Shown piece after piece: positions 18,885 to 30,610 of a stretch of DNA of 57,556 nt. This DNA is from a virus (lineage: Duplodnaviria; Caudoviricetes). The translations under genes and the position numbers were made by a program. Numbering within the stretch: position 1 is the first letter of the stretch; each line of letters opens with the position of its first letter. Location of the stretch: the IMG/VR virus record IMGVR_UViG_3300013132_000058, positions 1 through 57,556 of that record. The stretch is one strand, 5' to 3'. Under the pieces are notes generated by a model. That model made no database searches. It was not told the origin of the DNA and saw only the letters and a program-made list of their open reading frames with translations.

Positions 18885-21800
18885 ATGCCATTAGATTTTG
18901 ATTCAACAAAACAATTTAGAGATTTTGTATTATCGAGAACTTTACAAGTTCCGAATGGTCCACAATCATTTACATCACAAAATTATATAGTACAAAATTT
19001 GAATCAATTTCCAAATTTAGACCCTGGCGCAGTTGATACAAATCGACAGATAGATTTATTAATACCATCAACTAATAACATATTTAAACCCACACAATAT
19101 TTTATAAAAGATGTGTTAGAAACAATACCTAGACGAGCTAATCTATCACTATATTATAACGGTACACCTTATTTCTTGAGTGGTGAATATAATTTAGTCG
19201 GCATTATGAGTAATGATAATTATGATAATGAGTCTGAATTATTCAAATTTGCAGCATCATATATCCGAGACAGGACACAAAAAGGACCAGTTTATTCAAG
19301 ATTAGAACAAAACTTACTTAAATCGACTTTAGGAAAAATAAGATTATTAGATGCTCTTCAAGGTAATTTAGCAACTGCAACAAATATTGTTACTGGTAGG
19401 GAGCCATTAGTGGAATCAAATAATAATATTACAGTTGCGAAAACTCCAATTGGTAAAGGAATTGATTTTATTCAAACTGTTGCTGGTGTTGAGTTTCCTT
19501 GGACAGAAATACCTGGTGATTATTTAACTAATCCAAATAGACAAACAGAAAGAAGAAATACAGCAAATACTGAAATTGGTAGAACGTTACAAGATGCATC
19601 TGGCGCATTATTATCAATTTTCGGTGTACAAAGAAAACCATTGGAAACACGAAAACCTTCAGATATATTTATTGAATATACTGGTACAGGACCAAAACAA
19701 CAATTATTTGATTTATTATCAAAATCAAAATACGCTCCAAATTATACAACAACTGCAAGGTCACAAAACACATCAAAACTATTTAACTTTATTGATAAAG
19801 CTGCCCAAGGTATTAAGAATTTAATTGGTACTGAAGCACCTGAAGGAGTTGCATATATTGGAGATGATAGGGGTAATAATGTTATCAATACTATGTCAGA
19901 TATGAATGGTAACATAGTAAAAAGTAATTATTATCTAAGTTTACTTTTTGATGAATCACAATCAAGATTATTTGAACGTACAAAAAACGTAAGTGAATCA
20001 GGAGAAATTTCAGGTAAACTAACTTGGATAAGTCGAAATTCCAATAATAAATTAGGTGTAAATAATGATGAATACAATACACAATCATCAAATTTAGAAA
20101 AATCGCTATCAACAAATTACGAATTCAGAGAAGATTCAATTTTTGGATATACTCAACAATTATTAGACAGTATGCCAAAAGGTGGAGAATCTAGAAATCA
20201 TATCGGTAATGTAATAGACCAAACATCAAGAGTTTTTAAAGAAGGTGATAAGTTTTTATCTAGAGGTTCATCTATCAAATATGTGGACAAATTTACAGGT
20301 ATAGAATCGGGTGTTGAATACTGTAGAACATGGACAAAAGATAGACCATATTTATCCTATTCAGATACAATGAAAATAGGTGGAAATAATAGAAAATTTG
20401 AAGGTACAGTAGTATCTAATCCATGGAATTTGAATATTGGTCCAATGTCAAATGGAAAGAAAGGTTTCGAAAATTCTTCAAATATATTCGATGGATATAA
20501 TTTTGGTACTGATAAAGATGGTAATTCTTTTTATGCTAAAAAATATATGTTTTCCATAGAAAACTTAGCATGGAAAACATCAACATCACCTGGTTTCACT
20601 GTTTTGGATTTACCAGTATGTGAAAGAGGACCAAATGGTGGTCGTATTATGTGGTTTCCACCTTATGATTTAAAAGTAAGTGAACAAAATAGTGTTAAAT
20701 GGGATGAAAATAATTTCATAGGAAGACCCGAACCAATATATACGTATAATAATACAACAAGAAGTGGGACACTAGGTTTCAAAATAGTGGTGGACCACCC
20801 AAGTATATTAAATTTATTGACTAGAGAATTTTTTGAAAACATGTCAGATGAAGAATCTGACAATTATATTAATGCATTTTTTGCTGGTTGTGAAACATTA
20901 GATTTTTATGAATTGATACGAAGGTTTAGTACATTGGACCCAACGGATATTGAGTATATAAAACAGTATTTGAATGATTCAAAAAACACAGACCAAGAGG
21001 TAGTAAGAAAATATAAAACCGTATTAAATCCAACTGTAAATGAAAACACACCTGTAACAAATAAATCCAATAAAGAAGAATCATCATTAATCGAAGCATC
21101 ACCTTTAAACGTTACGTTATATTTTGATGATGGTGTACCACTTACAGAAACTGGATTAATAACGCAAACGGATTATGAAAAATTATATTCTAGCTACGTT
21201 GTTAAACAAAATATTTATTCGAGTGAATTGAATAATTTATTAATAAATCTTACTGGAACAACATTTACAAATGATGTTTTACCCAATGTAAAAAATGATA
21301 GAAAACTTATATACAATACAGAAAACGATGTTAGTAGTGAAAAAATAACATCAAAAGTAAATTTTTATAATAATAATTTTAGTGTTTTTACAATTCGACA
21401 TAGTTTTTATGTAGTTTATCTAACAGATTTAAAACAACTTTTGACTGAAGGTAAATCTGAGGATATTAAGATTATAATTAATTCGAGTGCGTCATCAAGA
21501 GATACCACCGAAAAAAATTTATTGCTTACATTTAGACGTTCATATAGTGTCTTGTTAGATATTTTTAAAAAAATTACTAAAACAGATTCTACTCCACCAC
21601 AACCAAAATGGGTAGATACAAAAGATAAAAAAGAATTTGTAAGTGTATATTCATCAAAAAATGATTTTGGTTATGATTATGACACAAAAATTACAGTTAC
21701 TATTACAAACTCAGGTGAAACTTATCCAGGTTGTGAAAATAAAGATTTTAAATATAAAACAAGATTGGGTATAGTATCTCCAATTGCATTTGAGTGTAGA

Positions 21801-23648
21801 AAAACAGAAGTAAATATAACATATAAAAAAAGTTCAACTGAGGATACAAAAAAACAAAATGACAATACAACAGTAATACAAAGTCAATCCCCGACTAGAA
21901 TTATTATAGATGGTGAAACACAAGTCCCGACTAAAGTTAAAAAACCACCTATTGATATAATGAAAAGAATTATAATGAAAACATTATCTGAATGTTTTTA
22001 TTTCAAAAAATTAGATGAAACATCACCAACAGTTTTTAATTCATTAAGAGAAAAATTAAGATATTTTCATCCTGCCTTCCATTCAACAACACCAGAAGGG
22101 CTAAATTCACGATTGACGTTTATTCAACAATGTTTACGACCTGGTGAGACATTACCAATAAAAGGGTTATCAGATTCAACTGATTTGAATGCCCGTAATA
22201 CCACATTCGGTCCCCCACCAATATGTATTCTACGAATAGGTGACTTTTATCATTCAAAAGTTGTTATAAGAGATGCACAAATAAGCTATGATGACTCTAC
22301 ATGGGATTATAACCCTGAAGGTATTGGATTACAACCTATGATTGCAAGTGTCACACTTTCCATATCATTCATCGGGGGTCAAGGATTAGAGAGACCAGTA
22401 GAAAGATTACAGAACGCACTATCATCTAATTTTTATGCTAATACTGAGATTTATGACGAAAGGTCAATTCAAACAAACACATTAATATCAGGTAAAGATG
22501 CAGAAAAATTCACTAAGGAATTTTTAGAAGATTTACTGAAAAGAGATAATAGAACACCTGAACCTGAAAGTGAAAACAACGGTAGTACATTAAGAAACGG
22601 TAAATATATCGGTGAATTTTCTGAAGGGGTCTTATCATATGCAAAATTGGTTATCGATGTACATAATAAAATAAAAAATTATTTTAAAGTATTTACAGAA
22701 TCATATAATATTTTAATTCCTTTTTATGGGAAAAAATTGAGTAACTTGATTTTATCGAATACCTATCGTACTATAAAAACATATGATATTTGGACACCCT
22801 CAGATAGTTTATCATCACCTTCAGAATCAATTGATTTGTTAGGATTATATCCAAAAGGAAAAGAATTATCAATATATATTCAAGTTGTAAAAAGACAATT
22901 TATAACAACACTAAAAAATAGTAATCCATCGGTAATATTTGGGTTTGATAAATTTATGGATAGTTCTTTAATAACAAAAACAAATGATGAATATCTATAT
23001 AAATTTTTAGAAAAAGAGGTATCAACTATTTTTGATGATATGACAAATAATTCTCAAATATATGCAATTGAAAATTCAAGAGATGAATTAATTAAATCAA
23101 TTGACAATGTAAATTTTATTGTCAAACATGGGAAAGATTTTATGATGATGCCAGATAAAAGTACAAATACCAATGTTGGCACTCAAGTTACTTTAAGTGG
23201 TTTTACCAAAAATTTATTATATGATGAGTATTCTTATGGTATTGATTATATAAATAATAATACATCAAAATTATATGAAGATTTAGATACGACAATAAAT
23301 TTTAATAATCCGACATTTACAACAAGTGATGTATCTGAAATAATGAAATCAATATTAAAAAATAAAAAAAATAATTTATTAAATATTTTTACTGATAGAA
23401 GTTTATATAATGATAATGTTCTCAAAAAAATGTCAAATTCTTTAGATAAATTTTTTAATGATTCACCAACCGAAAAAAAATTTAAATTAGGTAAGTATAA
23501 AGATTATGTTGAAAAAATATTATCATATACAATCAATACAACAACTGACGCAAATCCGTCCGATACTATCTATGTTGATGGTGATAAAATAAATAAATCA
23601 CCAATATTGGTAAAAGATAAATTAAACTACTATAAAACTAAGTTATAA
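18885..23648 (+). CDS. large baseplate / tube-initiator-like protein with an internal OmpA-like domain
   Basis: Tube-initiator-like blocks WFPPYDL, FIGRPEPIYTY and PPICILRIGDFYHSKVVI, split by an insert containing SSASS...NLLLTFRRSYSV...GE...CRKTEV. Confidence 0.6.
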   Translation: MPLDFDSTKQFRDFVLSRTLQVPNGPQSFTSQNYIVQNLNQFPNLDPGAVDTNRQIDLLIPSTNNIFKPTQYFIKDVLETIPRRANLSLYYNGTPYFLSGEYNLVGIMSNDNYDNESELFKFAASYIRDRTQKGPVYSRLEQNLLKSTLGKIRLLDALQGNLATATNIVTGREPLVESNNNITVAKTPIGKGIDFIQTVAGVEFPWTEIPGDYLTNPNRQTERRNTANTEIGRTLQDASGALLSIFGVQRKPLETRKPSDIFIEYTGTGPKQQLFDLLSKSKYAPNYTTTARSQNTSKLFNFIDKAAQGIKNLIGTEAPEGVAYIGDDRGNNVINTMSDMNGNIVKSNYYLSLLFDESQSRLFERTKNVSESGEISGKLTWISRNSNNKLGVNNDEYNTQSSNLEKSLSTNYEFREDSIFGYTQQLLDSMPKGGESRNHIGNVIDQTSRVFKEGDKFLSRGSSIKYVDKFTGIESGVEYCRTWTKDRPYLSYSDTMKIGGNNRKFEGTVVSNPWNLNIGPMSNGKKGFENSSNIFDGYNFGTDKDGNSFYAKKYMFSIENLAWKTSTSPGFTVLDLPVCERGPNGGRIMWFPPYDLKVSEQNSVKWDENNFIGRPEPIYTYNNTTRSGTLGFKIVVDHPSILNLLTREFFENMSDEESDNYINAFFAGCETLDFYELIRRFSTLDPTDIEYIKQYLNDSKNTDQEVVRKYKTVLNPTVNENTPVTNKSNKEESSLIEASPLNVTLYFDDGVPLTETGLITQTDYEKLYSSYVVKQNIYSSELNNLLINLTGTTFTNDVLPNVKNDRKLIYNTENDVSSEKITSKVNFYNNNFSVFTIRHSFYVVYLTDLKQLLTEGKSEDIKIIINSSASSRDTTEKNLLLTFRRSYSVLLDIFKKITKTDSTPPQPKWVDTKDKKEFVSVYSSKNDFGYDYDTKITVTITNSGETYPGCENKDFKYKTRLGIVSPIAFECRKTEVNITYKKSSTEDTKKQNDNTTVIQSQSPTRIIIDGETQVPTKVKKPPIDIMKRIIMKTLSECFYFKKLDETSPTVFNSLREKLRYFHPAFHSTTPEGLNSRLTFIQQCLRPGETLPIKGLSDSTDLNARNTTFGPPPICILRIGDFYHSKVVIRDAQISYDDSTWDYNPEGIGLQPMIASVTLSISFIGGQGLERPVERLQNALSSNFYANTEIYDERSIQTNTLISGKDAEKFTKEFLEDLLKRDNRTPEPESENNGSTLRNGKYIGEFSEGVLSYAKLVIDVHNKIKNYFKVFTESYNILIPFYGKKLSNLILSNTYRTIKTYDIWTPSDSLSSPSESIDLLGLYPKGKELSIYIQVVKRQFITTLKNSNPSVIFGFDKFMDSSLITKTNDEYLYKFLEKEVSTIFDDMTNNSQIYAIENSRDELIKSIDNVNFIVKHGKDFMMMPDKSTNTNVGTQVTLSGFTKNLLYDEYSYGIDYINNNTSKLYEDLDTTINFNNPTFTTSDVSEIMKSILKNKKNNLLNIFTDRSLYNDNVLKKMSNSLDKFFNDSPTEKKFKLGKYKDYVEKILSYTINTTTDANPSDTIYVDGDKINKSPILVKDKLNYYKTKL

Positions 23649-23650
23649 AA

Positions 23651-23977
23651 ATGAGTAGAAATTATTTTGATAGATATCAATTTTTTGAAACAGATGGTAA
23701 TTTCAGAATTGTACCTGGTATAGAATTACCGATAAAATCAAGTGATAAGTACATAACATATAATAAAGGACGTACAAGATTAGATAAAGTTTCACAAGAT
23801 AATTATGGTTCACCTACGTTTGGTTGGTTAATTATGCAGGCAAATCCTGAAGTTGGAGGTATTGAATTTGAAATTCCTGACAATTATGTTCTGAGATTGC
23901 CATTTCCTTTAATTCCATCTTTACAAGATTACAAAAGAGCAGTAGATTTATATAATTTATATTATGGGGAACAATAA
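23651..23977 (+). CDS. baseplate wedge LysM-like protein (gp53 / P2 gpX-like)
   Basis: RLDKVSQDNYGSPTFGWLIMQANP...LRLP matches the RLD.ia..yYG....wW.I..aN pattern. Confidence 0.75.
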   Translation: MSRNYFDRYQFFETDGNFRIVPGIELPIKSSDKYITYNKGRTRLDKVSQDNYGSPTFGWLIMQANPEVGGIEFEIPDNYVLRLPFPLIPSLQDYKRAVDLYNLYYGEQ

Positions 23978-26900
23978 TTTGTCTGATAGTGAAAAAATTT
24001 TAGTCAAGGTAGACCACAATAATTTAATTTATATTGACCCTAATAGTGTTATTGATAATGATGGTAGTCCTCAACCAAGAAATGTCAAACAAGAGAATTT
24101 GATTATGTTTGTAAACTTGGAAGCAGATATAATTCCGAGGTCAATTTTAAAATCTGAAAACGATAGAAATACATTAGTGTCCATTGCAAGAGGAACTTTG
24201 AATTTTTTGAGAAATCAGAAAGGTGGTGATTATGATACTAATTGGACAGAATCATTTTATTCGCAACAAAAAAATGTGAATATACCTTTCGGTAACACAG
24301 GATTATCAACACAAATTAAAATTAATGACGATTACTATGATGAAACAGGACAATCATTTGGTATTGATAGTATCAACATATCAATCAAAGGAGCTAATTC
24401 AATCCCACAGGTAAACATATCATTTATTGATGTTAGAGGTAAAACATTATTTGAATCACCTGAAAATTCAGCATATAAAGCATTTTTTCATCTTCCATGG
24501 CCAATTTTTTACCTAACATTGAAAGGTTATTATGGTAAAGCAATAAAATACAGATTACATTTATCCAAATTCAGTAGTAAATTCAATGATTCAACAGGTA
24601 ATTTTGATATTACAACAACTTTTGTTGGTTCAACATTTGCATATTTGAATGACATATCATTAAATTTGATAATGAATGCTCCCTATATGTACTATGTTGA
24701 AAATACAACAACAAAAAATACAGACACTAATGAAACTATTGTTGAAATATCTCGTACATCGAAAGGTTACCAAATACTTAAATCAATATATGCAGAATAT
24801 GAAAGGAAAGGTTTAGTTGAAAAAGGTTTTCCAATAAAAACTTTAAGAGAATTAATCAGAAACGCTGAAAATTTAGATAAAACATTAGAAAAAACAATTT
24901 TAAATGATAAATTAAATCCTATTGTTTTTGTAGGAATGAATGAATTTGAAAAATCAATCGAAAATTTTGAGAAAGCGTGTATAGAGTGGGCTAAAAAATA
25001 TTTGTTACAAACAGGTGAACTTGATAATGATAATTTTAGATGGTATGAATTAAATTCACAAAACAAAAAAAGTAGTGAAAACATTATTGGATTAACTGGA
25101 ATTACATTAGAAAAAATAGTTATTAATAATGTTGATAATATAAATAAAAATAAGTTATTTGCAGAAGAAGTAAAAAATTTAATTAAATCACAAAAAACAG
25201 GAAATTCAAATTTTTCTGTAGAAAATATATTATCTAAACCAATCAAATGGAGTGATAAATATTACAGACAAAATTCAAAAAATCAACAATATGAAGTAAA
25301 ATTTGATTTATTAATTTCAGAAATAAGAGAAATTAAAAAAACATTCGACACTGAAAAAGATAAATTAATAAATTATGTTGAAGATGAAATGAATAAAATT
25401 ATAATAAATAAAGATTTTGAAGGAGGGTTTGGGTTCAAACCAACCATAAAAAATATTTTTGCGGTAATTTTAGCAAATGCTGATGTGTATATTAGATTGA
25501 TGAAAGATGTACATCAAAAATCGTTTAATAATGGAAGTGAAAGACAAAAAAACATTGGTAATTTATCTAAAGAAACTTTGTATGATAAATCAATATATCC
25601 ATGGCCAGAAATTAAAAAACCATCCGAAAAAGACAAACAAAATGTCATTGCATATCCTGGTGATAATGATTTGATTGAGAAGTTGAAATCGGATGATGCT
25701 GAATTATGGCCTGAAGTTGATTTCGTCGAAAATTACATAAGGGTTGCAACAAACAAATCAGACCCAAACTCAGAAAAAGAAACAGGTATTGATAATATTA
25801 ATTTCAAATTACCTGATGATAAAAATGCAAATAATTTTCAACCATTAAATGCGTTTTCCATTGTAAGTGAAAATATACCATATATTGATAAATCTCCATC
25901 ATCTTTTTTGTATGAAATTTGGGAAAGAGCAACTTACATAAATTTAGTTGATTCTTTTGATTATTCAACATTGAAAGAATTATCAGATGTTGAGTTTATA
26001 AATATAAAAAATTCGATTGTTGAAGATACTGAAATTATTAATATTTTAAGTAAAGATATTACCAGTGTAAATATATTGACACAAAAATTGAGTGAATATT
26101 CACCATTTGAACGATATCCATTTTATCAAGATGAATTATCAACTATACCATATATAAAAGATTCTATTAATGTACCATATAAAATTGTTGAAAATAGTTC
26201 AATTAATAAAAATATAATAACTCAAAAATATGATAATTTAAAAAAGCAATTATCAACGTATAAAGCAGAATCTTATAGAAAAAATATATATCCTTTCAAT
26301 TCTGATTTATATCTATCTTATTTGAAACAAAATTCATATACTGATGATGAATTGAAATTTACAAATCAATTTGTTGTTGATATTACTGATTCATTAATAC
26401 AAACATCTGATAGTGTAAATTATGTGAAATCAAAATACACAATCAATATGTTTGATAATAAATTAAAAATCAATAACACGAATGTAAATTTATTGAATAC
26501 ATCATTTTTTCATAGACAAATATATTATGATTTTATAAAACAATCTAGCATCGGAAAATATGTTGCATCATCATATTTGTTATTAAATTCGTTACCATTT
26601 ATTGATTTAGATGAGATTGTGTCTATAGGTGGAGATACAGTTTCTAAAGTGAAATATTCTGCATTATTCAGAGAAATTGGAGCAACACATGATATACCAT
26701 ATCATTTAATTTGTAAATGGGGTTCAATATATCATAGGTATAAGAAATATATAATAGATGGTGTTGATATATTAGGAAATATTTTAAATCCAAATAAAAA
26801 AACAAGACCAATTGACGGTGAATTATTTTTCAATAACAAAGAAACATCTTCAGAATTCACAGCATTTACAATTAATGGTGAGACTGTCACATATAATCAA

Positions 26901-29723
26901 CAGAGAGATATTGGTATCCATCCTTTTTATGACGCGATATTTCATCAAGTAGTTAATGATTACAATCATTATGACGTATTATCGGGAAATACATCCTTTT
27001 CACAGAATGTTATTGACAAAAAAATATTATCACGTGTGTCGAATGAAGCTAATTTATTGAAATTTTGGACATCTTTTGTAGACAATAACAAATATAAATC
27101 CAATGAAAATTTTTATACTTTATTACCTTGTGATGGAAATAATAGTAATAATAATATTATCGAAAACTTAACTACAGGTGAACTAACAACTAATTCTGAA
27201 ACTTTTTCAACCGCATTACAGAAAAATTTCAGAATTATATGGCAAGATGAGTTTATTAATGACAATTTCGATAATCAAAATTTTCCTTCTTATAATCAAT
27301 ATCATAGAACATATGTAAGTAATTCAACTTCATTGGATAATTTATATTCAATAAATGATGATTATCGCAAGATTTTGGATTTAATAGGAACATTTAGTCC
27401 ACAAATATTAGATGAATTCGAAGAAATATTTTTACAATTTTCATCTGAAAAACTCAATGATAAAAAAGATTATAGGTTTCCTAATGTAAGATACACTAAA
27501 TTTCAAGATTTATTAAAAGAAATTGTAACGATAGATAAAACGACAATTACAAATACACAAATTGATGCATTAATTTTGGATTTGAAAAAATTACAAGTCG
27601 AAAAACTTAAAGAAGTTACAACTAAAATTACATCAGATAATAATAAATTAAAAATTACTATTGGGAACCCTAAAGAATTTGATTTACATGTATTATATGG
27701 ATTTACAAAATTGAATCCAATTAATACATTTTCATATAATTTATTTAATACATCACAATTAACAACGAACAATTTAAAACTTATAGAATTATATTTAAGT
27801 GAAGATACTAATAATTATTATAGGGATTTTTTTCAAGTTCTTGATGTCGAATTAAATGAAACAAACATTATACAATTTAGACCTTTAATTTACATATATG
27901 CGGGATATCGCAAGAATAATGGAATAAATAATCTGACAAGTTTTAGACAATATTTAATTGACAATATATTACAAAAATCAGATGTAAATAATGTAGGAAG
28001 TTTCGAAAGTCGTAGGTTAGTATATCTAAATTTTTTGATTGCAAATTTTAGAAATTTAGAACAAAAAATACCTAAAGAAACATTTAAAAAAATTGTACCA
28101 GGATATAATATCAAAGACCCTAAAATAGAGTTATATAATTATTTTAAATCTTTCAATGATAAATGGATTGCTGGTAATTCTATAGGTCAGAGATTATTAC
28201 TTGAAGAATTTTTATTCTTGGATAAAGCCAATAAAGATATTGGTGATAAATTATATATAAATATTGATAGATTACTTAATTTAGGTGACCCAAAAAATTC
28301 AAAAATAACATTGTATGGAATAATTTCAGTGTTATTACAGAATTCAGGGTTAGATATGAGACCTATACCCGCGTATGTCAATTTTTATGGAAACAATACA
28401 AAAAACCTTAATAAGATTACACCATCTAAAAATGTTGCGTCAAATTTATTTGGTACTTTTTTAGAGGTGGATTATCAAGATTCATCACCCAAGATTATAA
28501 TACAGTATATTGGTCAAACATCTAAACATTTAGATGTACAAAATAAAAAATATAAATTTGCTGATGACTCATTTGTGATGTCAGATACAAATAATAATCC
28601 TTTATTGATAACCTCTTTGGAATCATTCGAGAATGTTGATTTATCAAAATCAAATAGAGTAGTTGCGTTTGAAGTAAGTTTTGGCGACCAAAATCAATCT
28701 ATTTTCAAAAGCATACAACTTGACCAATCATCATTAAAAAACACTTCAGAGTCGTTTGTAGTTATGGAAAACATTGCTAGAACAGAATCTGGTGCCGGAG
28801 CATATAATATAGATGTAGGTTTATTTGACTATTACAGACAAGCATCATATACATGTGATGTTACTTGTTTTGGAAATGTTATGATACAACCAACTATGTT
28901 TTTTTATTTGAAAAATGTTCCAATGTTCAAAGGTTCATATTGGATAACTGAAGTGACTCACAACATCAAAGCGAACAATTTCACAACAACATTTAAAGGT
29001 ACAAGGATTCCTTTCAAATCATTACCAGACCCTCAAGATTCGTTTACATCATCATATAGAGTTTTATTTGATAAAATAAGAAATAAAGCAATCTTGAAAA
29101 TTAAAAATGAACAACAAATATTTGATAACGGGTACACATTTACATATAATAATATAACATATACAACAAAACCAGTATTTTTACTTGACAATGAAGATTT
29201 TTATAAAAATGTTGTAAAAAAAGCAGGATTTACTGATATATATTCTGTACCATATAATGGAAGTATTGGAGGTGAATTTATACAATTAATAAACTACACA
29301 CACCCAACTAAATCAAATAAGGAATGGTTGAGAGCAAGAGTAGTAATTATGGGTGGAGAAAAAAACATAATAGATGATAATACATCCATGGAAATAGTAA
29401 CAAAGAAAAACGGTACAAAATTATTATGGAGTGCAGTTAAAAACAAAAGTGATAGTTCTACATTTTATAGCTTAAATTTTGTTGAACAATTTTTGAATCA
29501 AGATAATAACTTTAATCAATTATTAAATGATAAAACATTTTTCGTTAATCCTAAAAACAGTAAAGAATTATCGGTAGAATATAAATTTGATAATAACACA
29601 ATATCAGGACCCATAACATTTGGTCCAAACGTGCAAAATTTTGGAATCGGAATGTCAAAATATTTGATGAATAAATTAGGATTGTTTGAAGGAGATATTG
29701 TATATTTTATTATGGAAAAATAA
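23964..29723 (+). CDS. large baseplate hub protein (gp27/VgrG-like domains)
   Basis: N-terminal FGIDSINI, FIDVRGKTLF and FYLTLKGYYG; C-terminal hub motif YTCDVTCFGNVMIQPTMFFYL...GSYWITEVTHNI...FTTTFKGTR. Confidence 0.65.
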   Translation: MGNNNLSDSEKILVKVDHNNLIYIDPNSVIDNDGSPQPRNVKQENLIMFVNLEADIIPRSILKSENDRNTLVSIARGTLNFLRNQKGGDYDTNWTESFYSQQKNVNIPFGNTGLSTQIKINDDYYDETGQSFGIDSINISIKGANSIPQVNISFIDVRGKTLFESPENSAYKAFFHLPWPIFYLTLKGYYGKAIKYRLHLSKFSSKFNDSTGNFDITTTFVGSTFAYLNDISLNLIMNAPYMYYVENTTTKNTDTNETIVEISRTSKGYQILKSIYAEYERKGLVEKGFPIKTLRELIRNAENLDKTLEKTILNDKLNPIVFVGMNEFEKSIENFEKACIEWAKKYLLQTGELDNDNFRWYELNSQNKKSSENIIGLTGITLEKIVINNVDNINKNKLFAEEVKNLIKSQKTGNSNFSVENILSKPIKWSDKYYRQNSKNQQYEVKFDLLISEIREIKKTFDTEKDKLINYVEDEMNKIIINKDFEGGFGFKPTIKNIFAVILANADVYIRLMKDVHQKSFNNGSERQKNIGNLSKETLYDKSIYPWPEIKKPSEKDKQNVIAYPGDNDLIEKLKSDDAELWPEVDFVENYIRVATNKSDPNSEKETGIDNINFKLPDDKNANNFQPLNAFSIVSENIPYIDKSPSSFLYEIWERATYINLVDSFDYSTLKELSDVEFINIKNSIVEDTEIINILSKDITSVNILTQKLSEYSPFERYPFYQDELSTIPYIKDSINVPYKIVENSSINKNIITQKYDNLKKQLSTYKAESYRKNIYPFNSDLYLSYLKQNSYTDDELKFTNQFVVDITDSLIQTSDSVNYVKSKYTINMFDNKLKINNTNVNLLNTSFFHRQIYYDFIKQSSIGKYVASSYLLLNSLPFIDLDEIVSIGGDTVSKVKYSALFREIGATHDIPYHLICKWGSIYHRYKKYIIDGVDILGNILNPNKKTRPIDGELFFNNKETSSEFTAFTINGETVTYNQQRDIGIHPFYDAIFHQVVNDYNHYDVLSGNTSFSQNVIDKKILSRVSNEANLLKFWTSFVDNNKYKSNENFYTLLPCDGNNSNNNIIENLTTGELTTNSETFSTALQKNFRIIWQDEFINDNFDNQNFPSYNQYHRTYVSNSTSLDNLYSINDDYRKILDLIGTFSPQILDEFEEIFLQFSSEKLNDKKDYRFPNVRYTKFQDLLKEIVTIDKTTITNTQIDALILDLKKLQVEKLKEVTTKITSDNNKLKITIGNPKEFDLHVLYGFTKLNPINTFSYNLFNTSQLTTNNLKLIELYLSEDTNNYYRDFFQVLDVELNETNIIQFRPLIYIYAGYRKNNGINNLTSFRQYLIDNILQKSDVNNVGSFESRRLVYLNFLIANFRNLEQKIPKETFKKIVPGYNIKDPKIELYNYFKSFNDKWIAGNSIGQRLLLEEFLFLDKANKDIGDKLYINIDRLLNLGDPKNSKITLYGIISVLLQNSGLDMRPIPAYVNFYGNNTKNLNKITPSKNVASNLFGTFLEVDYQDSSPKIIIQYIGQTSKHLDVQNKKYKFADDSFVMSDTNNNPLLITSLESFENVDLSKSNRVVAFEVSFGDQNQSIFKSIQLDQSSLKNTSESFVVMENIARTESGAGAYNIDVGLFDYYRQASYTCDVTCFGNVMIQPTMFFYLKNVPMFKGSYWITEVTHNIKANNFTTTFKGTRIPFKSLPDPQDSFTSSYRVLFDKIRNKAILKIKNEQQIFDNGYTFTYNNITYTTKPVFLLDNEDFYKNVVKKAGFTDIYSVPYNGSIGGEFIQLINYTHPTKSNKEWLRARVVIMGGEKNIIDDNTSMEIVTKKNGTKLLWSAVKNKSDSSTFYSLNFVEQFLNQDNNFNQLLNDKTFFVNPKNSKELSVEYKFDNNTISGPITFGPNVQNFGIGMSKYLMNKLGLFEGDIVYFIMEK

Positions 29724-29757
29724 TTTTTATTTTTTTACTATATTTATATAAAAAACT

Positions 29758-29955
29758 ATGAGACAAAATAATATTGAAAATATTTTAGATAAATATTTGA
29801 ATGTTGAAAATAAAAAAAATTCAAATACTAAAGAAAAAGAAGTTTGTGATATGGTTACTGGTGAATGTTATGTTGTGAGAGAAAAGGATGGTATTGTTGA
29901 AAGAATAAATAAAAAATATCTTACCGAAGACGGTAGACAATTATTACAAGATTGA
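29758..29955 (+). CDS. small hypothetical protein (65 aa)
   Basis: ATG ORF behind TATTTAT (29741-29747); EVCDMVTGECY...DGIVERI...TEDGRQLL. Confidence 0.7.
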   Translation: MRQNNIENILDKYLNVENKKNSNTKEKEVCDMVTGECYVVREKDGIVERINKKYLTEDGRQLLQD

Positions 29956-29959
29956 AACT

Positions 29960-30610
29960 ATGTTAGAGAAAAAATTATTAGAGGAAATCGCACGATATAA
30001 AGAAATTAATCGATATGCGAGAAAATTAATGAATGAGCAAGATTTACCACCTACACCTGGTGGAGATTTACCGCCACCTGCACCAGGTGGTGACGTACCT
30101 CCACCAGCACCTGGTGGAGATTTACCGCCAGCACCTGGTGGTGATGTTCCTCCTCCTCCCCTTCCTGACGATTCGGGTGTAGGTGGAACGGATACTGAGG
30201 AAATTGATATCACTGATTTAGTTAATATGACTAAAAGTATCAAAAAAGATATGGAAAATAAAAAATCCGAATCAGTTGGTGTTGAAACAAAAATGAATGA
30301 TATTTTTACAAAATTGGATGATTTGGAACAAAAATTATCTAATATGGATAATATCATTTCAAAGATAGAAGAATTGGGCAGTAAAGTTGAAAGAATGAAA
30401 CCTAAAACTCCTGAAGAAAAATTAAATCTTCGTTCATTAGATTCATATCCATTCAATCAGAACCCCCAAGAATTTTTTGCACATAAAAAAAATGAAATGG
30501 AAATGAGTGGTAAAAACGAATATGTTTTGACAAAAGATGACATAATGAACTATTCTAATGATAATATAAGGGATACGTTTAATTCAGATTTAGAAGATGA
30601 AGAATTTTAA
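29960..30610 (+). CDS. Pro-rich acidic coiled-coil protein, possible prohead core/scaffold or internal head protein
   Basis: Leader ending LMNE/Q, five D[L/V]PP-type repeats, and the coiled coil IFTKLDDLEQKLSNMDNIISKIEEL. Confidence 0.55.
   Translation: MLEKKLLEEIARYKEINRYARKLMNEQDLPPTPGGDLPPPAPGGDVPPPAPGGDLPPAPGGDVPPPPLPDDSGVGGTDTEEIDITDLVNMTKSIKKDMENKKSESVGVETKMNDIFTKLDDLEQKLSNMDNIISKIEELGSKVERMKPKTPEEKLNLRSLDSYPFNQNPQEFFAHKKNEMEMSGKNEYVLTKDDIMNYSNDNIRDTFNSDLEDEEF
30041..30166 (+). repeat. coding tandem repeat, 5 units of 24-27 bp encoding (GG)D[L/V]PPPAP
   Basis: Variants of GGTGGAGATTTACCGCCA(CCT)GCACC, forming a GC-rich island within the ORF. Confidence 0.85.

Noticed and set aside
29944-30456. 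170-aa minus-strand Gly/Pro ORF
   Set aside because: Antisense shadow of the GC-rich repeat in 29960-30610.
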